A DNA stretch of 63,067 nt from Candidatus Woesearchaeota archaeon (GTDB taxonomy: Archaea > Nanobdellota > Nanobdellia > Pacearchaeales > GW2011-AR1). Position 1 is the stretch's first letter. Every line of letters begins with the position of its first letter. The translations under genes were made by a program, and so were the position numbers. The notes under the pieces were generated by a model. The model had not been told where the DNA came from, ran no database searches, and was given only the letters and a program-made list of their open reading frames with translations. The stretch lies in NCBI GenBank assembly GCA_964647695.1, contig CAZYIS010000003.1:24848-87914 (forward strand), written 5' to 3'. Positions 36,145 to 45,155 of the stretch are shown piece after piece.

Positions 36145-36386
36145 TTTCCATTCTCCTTAAGATTTCTCTTTCTTTCCTTATCAATTAGAATCAATCGGCT
36201 TCTTGCTCTTTCCGGATTCACTCTGCAAATGTTAAGCACTTCCAGTATGTTTTGCATGATTTCGTCGTAGCTTTCCCTTCTATAGGTTCTTAGAAATTCA
36301 ATCCTATGTTTAGTAGATTCATCCACTTTTATCGTCGTGACTTTGCTTTTCTTCGGCTTTGCTTGATTTTCAAAGATTTCTTCCAT
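36141..36386 (-). CDS. minus-operon gene 1: ribbon-helix-helix (CopG-like) protein
   Basis: TTIKVDESTKHRIEFLR...ESYDEIMQNILEVL gives a strand-helix-helix layout. 81 aa. It is the first gene of the operon. Confidence 0.55.
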   Translation of the reverse strand: MEEIFENQAKPKKSKVTTIKVDESTKHRIEFLRTYRRESYDEIMQNILEVLNICRVNPERARSRLILIDKERKRNLKENGK

Positions 36387-36389
36387 TTT

Positions 36390-36417
36390 GGTATACCTGG
36401 GTAGAACCTTGTATACC
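36390..36417. promoter_or_regulatory. two GTATACC motifs (first within palindromic GGTATACC) 20 bp apart, just upstream of the RHH gene ATG
   Basis: ggtatacc at 36390-36397 and gtatacc at 36411-36417. An A/T-rich TATA-like tttttaaatattt follows at about 36418-36430. Confidence 0.35.
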
Positions 36418-36510
36418 TTTTTAAATATTTCGTCACTATATAATTACACCATACCAAAAAGCTTATATAGCCAAATTGATTATTATAATTAACTAAATTT
36501 TAACACAACC

Positions 36511-37728
36511 ATGACAAACAAAACAATTTTGGTTTCGCTTGTGGCAATATTTGCTCTTACCTTTTTGGTATTAGCTAATGTTAGCGCACTTACCAACATC
36601 AATAGCGTTGAAGTAAATGGTGTTGAAGCTCTTAACGGAGCTGCAACTATCGGTGTAACAGGCGGAGAGACTCTAGCAGTCAAAGTCGTCTTTTACGCAA
36701 CTGACAATGCATCTGATGTTAGATTGAAACTTTGGGTTAGTGGTGGTAAAGACTTATCAGCAACTTCTGATAGTTTCGATGTTATCGCAGGAAGAACCTA
36801 CAGCAAAATATTTGCCGTAACTGTTCCTAGTAACATTGATCCAAGTGAAGATACTTCACTGTTCGTTGATCTTGAATCAAAGAGCGGTTTATTATCTGAC
36901 CTTGAAACTATTAGTTTAACTGCACAAAGAGAATCCTACAATGTAGAAATTCTTAGTGCAAATGTTGAGAACACTGTCTCAGCTGGAAAATCTCTAGCTC
37001 TTGACGTTGTTCTTAAGAACGCTGGAAGTCATAAAGCTGACAATACCTTTGTAACTGTAAAAATTACAGCCCTAGGTCTTGAACAAACAGCTTACTTCGG
37101 AGATATGTCCGCAGTAGACCAATCCAACCCAGATATGCAAGATGCAGCAGAAAGAAGAATGTTAATTAACATTCCAAACTCTGCCAAGGCTGGAGTATAC
37201 CTTCTAGAAATAGATGCATACAACAGTGATTCTTCAAGTGTGGTAACTAAAAAGATTGCAATCGGAAGTTCTGGTGCTGATAGTAGTGTTGTTTCTTCAA
37301 CCCAAAGTAAATCCTTTGGCGTTGGTCAAAAAGCAACCTATACTTTCACACTAGTTAATTCTGGTGACAAAATACAGAGCTATGAATTGTCTTCTGACAG
37401 TGCTGATTCAGCATTGAATGTAGCAATTGATGATTCTGTTGTCGTTGTTCCAGCTGGATCTAGCAAGACAGTGCAAGTTGTCGCTTCTGCCTCAAAAACA
37501 GGAAGATATGACTTCGCAGTTAATGTATTATCCAATGGCGCAATTGTTCAATCCCAAAGCTTTATAGCAAATGTTGATGGAAGTTCTTCAAGTGCATTCG
37601 CTGGAAGCGCTGCAGTCGTATTGACCGTAGTTCTAGCAATAATCTTTGTAGTTCTTCTTGTAGTGCTTATTGTACTACTAACAAGAAAACCTGAAAAAAC
37701 ACAAGAAATCGGAGAAAGTTATTACTAA
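36511..37728 (+). CDS. cell-surface protein with CARDB-like beta-sandwich repeats and a C-terminal TM anchor
   Basis: N-terminal signal/anchor ILVSLVAIFALTFLVLANVSA. Segments such as VSAGKSLALDVVLKNAGSHKADNTFVTVKI are typical of CARDB-type domains. Thr/Ser/Val-rich. C-terminal TM AAVVLTVVLAIIFVVLLVVLIVLL followed by TRKPEK. 405 aa. Confidence 0.7.
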   Translation: MTNKTILVSLVAIFALTFLVLANVSALTNINSVEVNGVEALNGAATIGVTGGETLAVKVVFYATDNASDVRLKLWVSGGKDLSATSDSFDVIAGRTYSKIFAVTVPSNIDPSEDTSLFVDLESKSGLLSDLETISLTAQRESYNVEILSANVENTVSAGKSLALDVVLKNAGSHKADNTFVTVKITALGLEQTAYFGDMSAVDQSNPDMQDAAERRMLINIPNSAKAGVYLLEIDAYNSDSSSVVTKKIAIGSSGADSSVVSSTQSKSFGVGQKATYTFTLVNSGDKIQSYELSSDSADSALNVAIDDSVVVVPAGSSKTVQVVASASKTGRYDFAVNVLSNGAIVQSQSFIANVDGSSSSAFAGSAAVVLTVVLAIIFVVLLVVLIVLLTRKPEKTQEIGESYY

Positions 37729-37734
37729 ATAAAC

Positions 37735-37783
37735 TTTTTTATTTTTTTACTTTTATTTTTAACTTTTTCTTTTTTTATTTTAT
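37735..37783 (+). terminator. cluster of oligo-T tracts (archaeal-type terminator) after the surface-protein gene
   Basis: Six runs of 4-7 T within 50 nt, immediately after the TAA at 37726-37728. Confidence 0.45.
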
Positions 37784-37827
37784 TAATGTTTATACTTTCA
37801 TGCAAAAAGTAACCTTTAACAAACAAA

Positions 37828-38394
37828 ATGACCAGAGACCATTACGAAACAAGAGAAGCAAGAAGAAAGATCACTAATTCCTATCTTAAAAGAACTGCAA
37901 TAACTGCAGCATTAGCTGGAATTTTACCTGCGAGTATTGGAATATTTAATTTATATAATGACAGCAAATCGCTAGCTAGAATAAATGAAAGAGATGCAAA
38001 GCCAATAATGATCCAATACGAAAAAGCATGGAAATCCTTCTGTACTGTTGGACAAGAATTACATGATAGCTATAATACGTTTACACTACCCTATGTTCCA
38101 GAATCAGCAAAAAAAGATCTAAATACACTAACTAATGACTCGTCTCCAGTACTCATTGAAAAAAGAAGAGCATTAAGTAATATTGAAAAAGCGCTTCAAT
38201 CAGATCTAGACAATATCAAATCCGATGAAGAATTTAAACGCCTTTCCACTGAAAATTCAAAAGATTACTATAATGTTAAATTATATGGTAATTTATTCGT
38301 TGGCTCTTTCGTAGTTAGTATGTTGGGCTTTTTCGGAGCAGATTTAATCTCACGTAAAAAAAGAAACAGAGCCTACGAAGAATTAAAGAAATAA
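37828..38394 (+). CDS. membrane protein, function unknown
   Basis: 188 aa. TM helices near the N-terminus (ITAALAGILPASIGIF) and the C-terminus (LFVGSFVVSMLGFFGADLI). Confidence 0.55.
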   Translation: MTRDHYETREARRKITNSYLKRTAITAALAGILPASIGIFNLYNDSKSLARINERDAKPIMIQYEKAWKSFCTVGQELHDSYNTFTLPYVPESAKKDLNTLTNDSSPVLIEKRRALSNIEKALQSDLDNIKSDEEFKRLSTENSKDYYNVKLYGNLFVGSFVVSMLGFFGADLISRKKRNRAYEELKK

Positions 38395-38395
38395 A

Positions 38396-38932
38396 ATGAC
38401 TCAAACAAACAACGAATCAGCATTAATTGAAAAATTAATAATATATGAAGGATTTCTAATAAGACAATTCTTAGATGCAGAAGAAATAGCCAAACCTATC
38501 AAAGAAAAAAGAAGATTATTTGAAGATCTAGTTACTGAACAAGAAGTATTAAAACAAGAAATGGCCGAAAATCAAGCCCAAACCTATATATCGGCTTTAA
38601 AACAATTTAGATCAAAATTCCCTGAGATAAATAGACTAGAAATAAATGTAATAGGAAATATTGTTGATAGAAGAATGCCTATCGGTATGAGAACATTAGA
38701 TTATTCTGCACATCCATATATAGATGGACCTAATGGATTAGGTAGCGGAATGTTTAGAGCAAATAGCAAAGATACAATAGAAATATTTGGAAAAGCAAAA
38801 TCCAAAGGATATATTCTTTATTTCCCATCTACCCATCTATTGAAAGCCAGACATGGTGATAAGTCTATGGGTTGGGAATTACGAGAAGACGAAAGAGAAT
38901 TGATGCAAAAAATCTGGGAAGAAGTTAAATAA
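38396..38932 (+). CDS. hypothetical protein
   Basis: 178 aa. It starts 1 nt after the upstream stop. Confidence 0.55.
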   Translation: MTQTNNESALIEKLIIYEGFLIRQFLDAEEIAKPIKEKRRLFEDLVTEQEVLKQEMAENQAQTYISALKQFRSKFPEINRLEINVIGNIVDRRMPIGMRTLDYSAHPYIDGPNGLGSGMFRANSKDTIEIFGKAKSKGYILYFPSTHLLKARHGDKSMGWELREDERELMQKIWEEVK

Positions 38933-39001
38933 TTAATAATCAGTATATCACTATCTGAGCATTGAAAATCCTTAAATATCCTTAATATCTCTCTTTAGAG
39001 T

Positions 39002-42000
39002 ATGGTTCATGTAAAAAAGATGGTGATGACAGGATTCAAATCCTTTGCTAGAAGAACTGAAATAGTCTTTGACCAGGGAGTTAACGTCATTCTAGGTCCC
39101 AATGGTTCCGGTAAATCTAATGTGGCCGATGCCATATGTTTTGTTCTAGGTCGTTTATCCATCAAATCCATGAGAGCTGCAAAGGCAAAAAACCTTCTTT
39201 TCATGGGTTCCAAATATATTAAACCTGGCCGTGAGGCAAGCGTAGAAATAGTTTTTGATAACACTGATAAGACATTCCCATTGGATAAAGAAGAAATATC
39301 TCTTATGAGAATTGTGCGTCATAATGGAGTTAGTATCTATAAGATAAATGATGAAGTTAAAACTAGAACTGAAGTAGTGGAAATGCTTACCCTTGCCGGA
39401 ATTAATCCCTATGGATTTAATATCATTCTCCAGGGTCAAATACAGTATATTGTTAGAATGCAATCCGAAGAGCGGCGAAAGATCATTGAAGAAGTTGCAG
39501 GAATTTCCATCTATGAATCCAAGAAAGAAAAATCCCTCAAAGAACTGGAAAAAACCGAAGAAAGACTAAAGGAAATAGCAGCCATTCTACGTGAAAGAAG
39601 TATCTACATGAAGAACCTTGAAAAAGAGCGTGCACAGGCTTTAAGATTCCAGGAACTCCAAGGTATGCAAAAGCGACTCAAAGCATCCATTCTCTCTAGA
39701 AAAATAGAAGATAAGGTCAAGGAACTGGAAAAAATAAACAAATCCATTGCTGAAAGGCTAGAACAAAGAGAAAAGGAAAAAGCCGAAGCAGACACCAATC
39801 AAAAACAAATAGAATCTTTACAAGAACAAATAAATCAAATAAACAAAAGCATCCAACAGGCCACAGGAATAGAACAGGAAACATTGAATGATAATTTATC
39901 CAATCTGAAAGCCGAACTTGAAGGTCTAAAGGTAAGAAGAGAAAACTATGAAAATAAGAAGATAGAAATTGAAAGAAGAATTGAAGGAATGCAGAAATCA
40001 ATTCCTTCTCTGGAACAGGAAATAGCCGAAGCAAGAAAACAATCTCCTATTATGGCCATGAAAGCTGCCGAGCTTAAGAAAAAGAAAGAAGAACTACTTA
40101 AAATAGAAGAAGAAAGAAATAAACTCTACAATTTCAAAACCGAATTATTCTCATCCCGAGAGATTGCAAAAGATAAAGAACGCCAGTTAACCAGAGCGCA
40201 AACAGATTCTGAAAATATTCTAAAGCAAATTGAAGATATTTCCCTTAGACTAAAAATGCAAAGCGAAGAAGAGTGCACCAAGTCCATAGGTTCCATGAAA
40301 CAATCCCTCATAGAAAAAGAAAAGACCATATCCGACTTCTATCAAACCGAATTATCCAATGAAAAACTGATATCCATAGCCGAAGTCGAGATTGCCAGAG
40401 CAGAGAAAATAAAATCCCAGGTAGATAAGATAGACACCTGCCCCCTATGCCAAAGTAAAATAACTCCAGAACACATAAACCACGTATTTTTAGATTCAAA
40501 TAACAAAATATCCGAATTCAACAAACAATTGGACAATTCCAGAATAGAACTGAGTAAAATTAAAGACCAAAAGGCAATTCTGAACAATGAAATTCGTGAA
40601 CTGAAAGGAAAAATTGCCGATCTTGAACTCGATTTGATGAAACATAAAGCATTGAAAGATAAAAAGGAACAACTAAAGAATTTAGTTAATTCTGAAAAGA
40701 ATATTAGAGATGAAATTGTTAAGATTGAAGAGCGTAGAAAAAACCTGGAAGTTAAAGTAATTGATCTTCCAAAAATCCAAGAAAAATATGACTCCATTCT
40801 ATTGGAAATAGAAGAAATATCGTCGAGAACCAAGGGAGATTCGGATACTTCCCTATTGTACAAAGAAAGAGAAGTTGAAAACATGAGAAATGTTATCAAA
40901 CACAGCACCAATGACCTAAATGAGGTTAAGAATGAAATACTAAATATTGAACAAACTCTAAAGAACAAAAATAAACTTCTGGAAGAAAAAGAAAAACAAT
41001 CCGAAGAACTTAATACCAAATTCAAGAAAATGTTTGAATCCAGAGACCAGATGCAAACCCAAATCCAAGAGAAAAGCATCAATCTTACTGAACTTCAAAG
41101 CAACATAAGACAAATAGAAGATCAAACCAACTATCTTAAAATAGGAAAAGCAAAGTTTGATGCAGAAAAAGAATCCTTTGAAATGGAACTAAAAGAATTC
41201 CCTGTTCCAGTTGAAGAAATAATAAAAGCCACCATTGAAAATCTAAATGAGAGATTAACCAAAAACAATGAAGCATTATTATTAATAGGAAGCATTAACA
41301 TGAGAGCTCTAGAAGTCTATGATGAAATAAAAACCGAATACGATGCAGTGCAAATAAAAGTAAATACTCTAGAGAAAGAAAAACTAGATATCCTAACCAT
41401 CATAGAAGAAATTGATAAAAAGAAACTAAGAACATTCATGAAAACATTCAATGCCATGAATGAACTATTCACCCAAAATTTCGCCAAGCTATACACCAAA
41501 GGAGTAGCCTATCTAGAAATAGAAAACCATGAAGACGTATTCGCCGGAGGAGTTAATATTGTGGTCAGATTAGCCAAAGGAAAGTACTTCGATATCACCT
41601 CATTGTCTGGAGGAGAACAAACCCTCGTTGCCCTTTCATTACTATTTGCCATACAGCAGTATAAACCATACCACTTCTACATATTTGACGAAATTGACGC
41701 AGCCCTAGATAAAAGAAACTCCGAGAGATTAGCTGCACTGCTAAGCCAATACATGAAATCCGGTCAATACATAGTCATCACCCACAATGATTCCATCATA
41801 ATGTCTTCAAACCTATTATATGGAGTATCCATGCACGATGGAGTTTCAAAAGTTCTAAGTCTTAAGATTAACGATCAACCCGTTAGCCATGTGGATAATA
41901 ACGACGCCACTAGAAATTCAGAGAACTCTGAAACCCCTGAAACTGCCCCTATTTTAGAAGAAGAAAAAGGTTTAAATACGGAAAATTCTGCCCAGGAAAA

Positions 42001-42037
42001 TGAGCAAAATGAAGAAGACAAACAAGAAATCAGCTAA
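39002..42037 (+). CDS. SMC-family ATPase with a central CxxC (zinc-hook-like) motif and no recognisable hinge
   Basis: SMC-type N-terminal head (GFKSFARRTEIVFDQGVNVILGPNGSGKSNVADAICFVLG; QGQIQYIVRMQSEERRKIIEEVAGI). SMC-type C-terminal head (LSGGEQTLVALSLLFAIQQYKPYHFYIFDEIDAALD). The roughly 700 aa between them is heptad-like K/E-rich sequence with CPLC at codons 480-483 (40439-40450). Acidic C-terminal tail. 1011 aa. Confidence 0.85.
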   Translation: MVHVKKMVMTGFKSFARRTEIVFDQGVNVILGPNGSGKSNVADAICFVLGRLSIKSMRAAKAKNLLFMGSKYIKPGREASVEIVFDNTDKTFPLDKEEISLMRIVRHNGVSIYKINDEVKTRTEVVEMLTLAGINPYGFNIILQGQIQYIVRMQSEERRKIIEEVAGISIYESKKEKSLKELEKTEERLKEIAAILRERSIYMKNLEKERAQALRFQELQGMQKRLKASILSRKIEDKVKELEKINKSIAERLEQREKEKAEADTNQKQIESLQEQINQINKSIQQATGIEQETLNDNLSNLKAELEGLKVRRENYENKKIEIERRIEGMQKSIPSLEQEIAEARKQSPIMAMKAAELKKKKEELLKIEEERNKLYNFKTELFSSREIAKDKERQLTRAQTDSENILKQIEDISLRLKMQSEEECTKSIGSMKQSLIEKEKTISDFYQTELSNEKLISIAEVEIARAEKIKSQVDKIDTCPLCQSKITPEHINHVFLDSNNKISEFNKQLDNSRIELSKIKDQKAILNNEIRELKGKIADLELDLMKHKALKDKKEQLKNLVNSEKNIRDEIVKIEERRKNLEVKVIDLPKIQEKYDSILLEIEEISSRTKGDSDTSLLYKEREVENMRNVIKHSTNDLNEVKNEILNIEQTLKNKNKLLEEKEKQSEELNTKFKKMFESRDQMQTQIQEKSINLTELQSNIRQIEDQTNYLKIGKAKFDAEKESFEMELKEFPVPVEEIIKATIENLNERLTKNNEALLLIGSINMRALEVYDEIKTEYDAVQIKVNTLEKEKLDILTIIEEIDKKKLRTFMKTFNAMNELFTQNFAKLYTKGVAYLEIENHEDVFAGGVNIVVRLAKGKYFDITSLSGGEQTLVALSLLFAIQQYKPYHFYIFDEIDAALDKRNSERLAALLSQYMKSGQYIVITHNDSIIMSSNLLYGVSMHDGVSKVLSLKINDQPVSHVDNNDATRNSENSETPETAPILEEEKGLNTENSAQENEQNEEDKQEIS

Positions 42038-42221
42038 GCTAAAGCCAATTGTAGTTGAACATCCAGATCAAATAGAGGATGCTCTCGAAGGCCTAGATGA
42101 TGAAGATAAACATGAAGACTCAGAAAATTTGGATGAAACCGAAGAAGAAAGGCAGGAAAGAGAATACATGGAAAAACACGGTATAAAAAGAAAGAATCTT
42201 ATTGATGACGAAGAGGATTAA
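42000..42221 (+). CDS. possible small acidic protein overlapping the SMC 3' end
   Basis: 73-aa ORF, basic N-terminus then D/E-rich. It overlaps the SMC gene by 38 nt in another frame. Coding status is uncertain. Confidence 0.3.
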   Translation: MSKMKKTNKKSAKLKPIVVEHPDQIEDALEGLDDEDKHEDSENLDETEEERQEREYMEKHGIKRKNLIDDEED

Positions 42222-42266
42222 TTTCATTACCTATATATTTTTAAATCCTGGACAATTTTCGAAAAT

Positions 42267-42851
42267 ATGCAAAATCTAAGGCGTTTAACTAATTTTGACA
42301 TATCTGCAGTTATTGCACCACATTATGATTGGAGAGCAAGTGCCAGATATAAATCACTAGGAAGATTTAAAGAAGAACTTACAAAAAACCACTTTTTTAT
42401 ACACTATACCGAAAAAGCATGGATGGAAGCAAATAAATCTAAATCTTTAATGACCGTTAGACTTTGCAGAAAAGAAGATATGCGCGATCCTCATGAAGTT
42501 TATGAATCCCAATTACCCATCGATTTTCCAATAGATGATAAATTCCATTATAGAATTATAGGCCTGACCTTAGTAAATAGTAGAATAAAAATAAATCTTC
42601 ATGAATATCCTTCAAGAGAAGAGAGTTTAAGATTTGAAGGAGAAAGAGTAGCGATAGATCAATACCAAAAAACAACCAATGGCAGAAAATTTGGAATTGG
42701 AGGAGAAGTTTTTGGTAGAAAAGATAGTAAAACCATTGAAACTGCATTAAACGCACTTAGAACACTCAACATATTCCATAGCGGAATTGTTTGTGATTCG
42801 CCAAGATTTCCATCCGAACTAATATTAGATAATAAAGATAACGAGGATTAA
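42267..42851 (+). CDS. hypothetical protein
   Basis: 194-aa ORF with no motif recognised. Confidence 0.5.
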   Translation: MQNLRRLTNFDISAVIAPHYDWRASARYKSLGRFKEELTKNHFFIHYTEKAWMEANKSKSLMTVRLCRKEDMRDPHEVYESQLPIDFPIDDKFHYRIIGLTLVNSRIKINLHEYPSREESLRFEGERVAIDQYQKTTNGRKFGIGGEVFGRKDSKTIETALNALRTLNIFHSGIVCDSPRFPSELILDNKDNED

Positions 42852-43117
42852 TCCTTTTCCTGAATATTTCTAGAAACACTGATTATTGAATTATATATTT
42901 CCTTTACTTCCTGAATATCTCTCATTCCCTGTTGCTTGGTCTTTTCCACAATTTTATCCATAACTTCTTTTTCCCTTGCTGCGTCTTTTATGGCAATTCC
43001 ATTTTTCTTCTTATGAATTCCTATTTCTTTAACAATATCAAATCTTTCTCTTAGCAATTCAATTATCCTTGAATCGATTTCATTTATTTTTTGCCTTAGT
43101 TTGTTTATTTCTTCCAT
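42848..43117 (-). CDS. chorismate mutase type II (AroQ)-like protein
   Basis: MEEINKLRQKINEIDSRIIELLRERFDIVKEIGIHKKKNGIAIKDAAREKEVMDKI follows the AroQ helix pattern (LR..I..iD..i..Ll.eR......ig..K......i.D..RE..v). I use the ATG at 43117, 1 nt after the RNase HII stop. 89 aa. Confidence 0.65.
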   Translation of the reverse strand: MEEINKLRQKINEIDSRIIELLRERFDIVKEIGIHKKKNGIAIKDAAREKEVMDKIVEKTKQQGMRDIQEVKEIYNSIISVSRNIQEKD

Positions 43118-43118
43118 T

Positions 43119-43796
43119 TTAAAATAAAGTCTTTTGATCATTATCTCCAGGAAAAAGAGTTTTCCAGGTGGCCCAGGTTTTTCTAAATAATCCCGAGTCT
43201 TTTAATTGCTCTCCATGCTTTTTCAAAAATTCCTTGGTGTAAGGATCACTAGGATAACCACTGCCGATATCACCATATTCACTAAATTCTTTTTTGAGTT
43301 CAGCCACCGACTCTTCCCTAGCACACTTAGCAAGAATACTTGCCGCACTTACCGAAATATGATTCGCATCAGCCTTATGTTCACAACTTATATCCAAATT
43401 TTCATTATTTTTCACATAACCTATCAGAGTTTTTCTCCAGGCAACCGTATTTACCGAAGGGCAGTCCACAATAACCTTTATTTTCTCATTTCCATTGTTT
43501 AAACTATTAATAATCTCAGCACATTTTATTGCTTCAAGCGTATTCAAATTAACTCCAGAATTTATTGACTTATCAATATCCTCTGCTTCCGTTTTAACCA
43601 CTTTAAAACCTTCAACTATACCCTCAATTACATCCTTTAGCTCAAATCTCTTATTATCCGTCAATTTCTTGGAATCATTTACTCCTCTTTTTTGCAAAAA
43701 AGATTCATTCTCCTTTTTAATCAAAACCCCCGCAAGAATCATAGGCCCGATCAAAGGACCTCGACCAGCATCATCTATTCCTAGTATTAATGTCAT
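43119..43796 (-). CDS. rnhB: ribonuclease HII
   Basis: N-terminal ILGIDDAGRGPLIGPMILAGV (DEDD-type catalytic D/E) and later SAASILAK and GSGYPSD motifs. 225 aa. Confidence 0.9.
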   Translation of the reverse strand: MTLILGIDDAGRGPLIGPMILAGVLIKKENESFLQKRGVNDSKKLTDNKRFELKDVIEGIVEGFKVVKTEAEDIDKSINSGVNLNTLEAIKCAEIINSLNNGNEKIKVIVDCPSVNTVAWRKTLIGYVKNNENLDISCEHKADANHISVSAASILAKCAREESVAELKKEFSEYGDIGSGYPSDPYTKEFLKKHGEQLKDSGLFRKTWATWKTLFPGDNDQKTLF

Positions 43797-43902
43797 GCCA
43801 CTAAATAAAAAGTTATATTTATATAGGCTTTCCTTTCGATATTTTTATGAATTCAGGAAAAACAAGAATATTTCTACAAAAGAATTAATCCTAGATTGTA
43901 TT

Positions 43903-45111
43903 TTAATCAGAAGAAAGTATTACCTGCCCAAAATATGGAACTTCTGCAGCTCTTCTAAATTCTGGAAGAGTAATCCTATTTACCATATCTGCATAATTAT
44001 AATGACTGTCCATACCCTTGCCTCCAAGTTCTAAACAAGCTAATTTATCACTAAGTTCTATACTATCATACTCTCTACCTTCAAAAGCACCAATGGATCT
44101 TTCTTTTAATAATTTAAATTCCGAATTACCCATTTTACTAGCCTGACTAAAACCTTTCCTTATTAATTTTATAACTCTATCAACTTCTCTAGGATGCGTA
44201 CCTAAATCAATATAATATAATTTTTCATCCAAAGTTCCATTTATCCTATAGGCAAGTTCACTATTGCCCCTTATTAACTCATACAGCCTACTTTGTTCAA
44301 GTTCGGTTAGAAAGTCCGTAAGAAGTTCAAAAGCAGGATAATTTTTAGAATTATTTCCCGAATGAGGAACAGCCACAGCCAAATAGGTTTGATCCAACCC
44401 CTTACGTTTTTCTTTTATAACTTTTGGTCTTCCAGAAAAAGGCAAGATACTAGGATTAGCTAAACTATTATTCTTTTGCACATCCAATAATTTATCCAAA
44501 TTTAAACTCAATTCATCAATGGATACAGGGCCACCAACGTAACCCATTACTAATCTAGACGGAGCATATCCTTCCCTCCAAAATCGTTGAATATCCGAAG
44601 GAGTAAAATTATTAATTGTTCTTTTAGTTCCAAAAATTGAACTAGGAGGAATATCTGAAAATATGCTATGCAAAGTTAATTCGTGAACATATTCTTCAGG
44701 ATGATCATGATTTCTAGCCATTTCTATATTAATAACTTCTAATTCTTTTTTTAATTCTCTAGCATTAGGCTCTGGCTTTTTCAAAAGAAGACCCAGATAA
44801 TTAAAAGCAACATCCAGGTTTCTCAATGGAACTCTAACATGGAAATCAGTTTCCGTAAATGTTGTACCTGCATTAGATAAACCGCCAATATTAATAAAAT
44901 CCTTGTAGGCAAGTTTTCTATTTTCCGATTCTCGTTCCTTGAAAGCCATGTGTTCTAAAACATGGGCACCACCTAAATTTGGTCCTGTAGTGTTTAAACC
45001 ACCATAAGCATATTTGAAATAAACCGTTCCTCCTCGATCGTTTTCTCTTATTTCTCCAACTAATCTTGCTCCAGACTTAAGAGTTCTTTTAAAAAAAGGA
45101 AGAGTTTTCAT
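43903..45111 (-). CDS. M16-family (pitrilysin/insulinase-like) zinc peptidase
   Basis: Inverted zinc motif HxxEH in GGAHVLEHMAFKE, with downstream NAGTTFTETDFHV. 402 aa. Confidence 0.8.
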   Translation of the reverse strand: MKTLPFFKRTLKSGARLVGEIRENDRGGTVYFKYAYGGLNTTGPNLGGAHVLEHMAFKERESENRKLAYKDFINIGGLSNAGTTFTETDFHVRVPLRNLDVAFNYLGLLLKKPEPNARELKKELEVINIEMARNHDHPEEYVHELTLHSIFSDIPPSSIFGTKRTINNFTPSDIQRFWREGYAPSRLVMGYVGGPVSIDELSLNLDKLLDVQKNNSLANPSILPFSGRPKVIKEKRKGLDQTYLAVAVPHSGNNSKNYPAFELLTDFLTELEQSRLYELIRGNSELAYRINGTLDEKLYYIDLGTHPREVDRVIKLIRKGFSQASKMGNSEFKLLKERSIGAFEGREYDSIELSDKLACLELGGKGMDSHYNYADMVNRITLPEFRRAAEVPYFGQVILSSD

Positions 45112-45155
45112 AAAAAAACAAGCAATAATGAGGTTAATAAATATTATTGCACAAA

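Noticed and set aside
40342-41082. 246-aa minus-strand ORF, plus several 60-105-aa ones at 39007-40499 and 41317-41499, inside the SMC gene
   Set aside because: These are antisense shadows of the K/E-rich coiled-coil codons. The translations are low-complexity S/F/L-rich strings, and the ORFs lie fully inside a gene with unambiguous SMC motifs.
39002-42037. Calling the CxxC-containing ATPase simply Rad50
   Set aside because: The head motifs (GFKSF, EERRKIIEEVAGI, FDEIDAALD) are SMC-type rather than Rad50-type (DEPT..LD), and no Mre11 gene is adjacent. I kept it as an SMC-family protein with a hook-like motif.
43495-44034. 179-aa plus-strand ORF spanning the RNase HII 5' end and the M16 peptidase 3' end
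   Set aside because: It is antisense to two well-supported genes and crosses their intergenic region. The translation is low-complexity (S/F/I-rich) with no motif.
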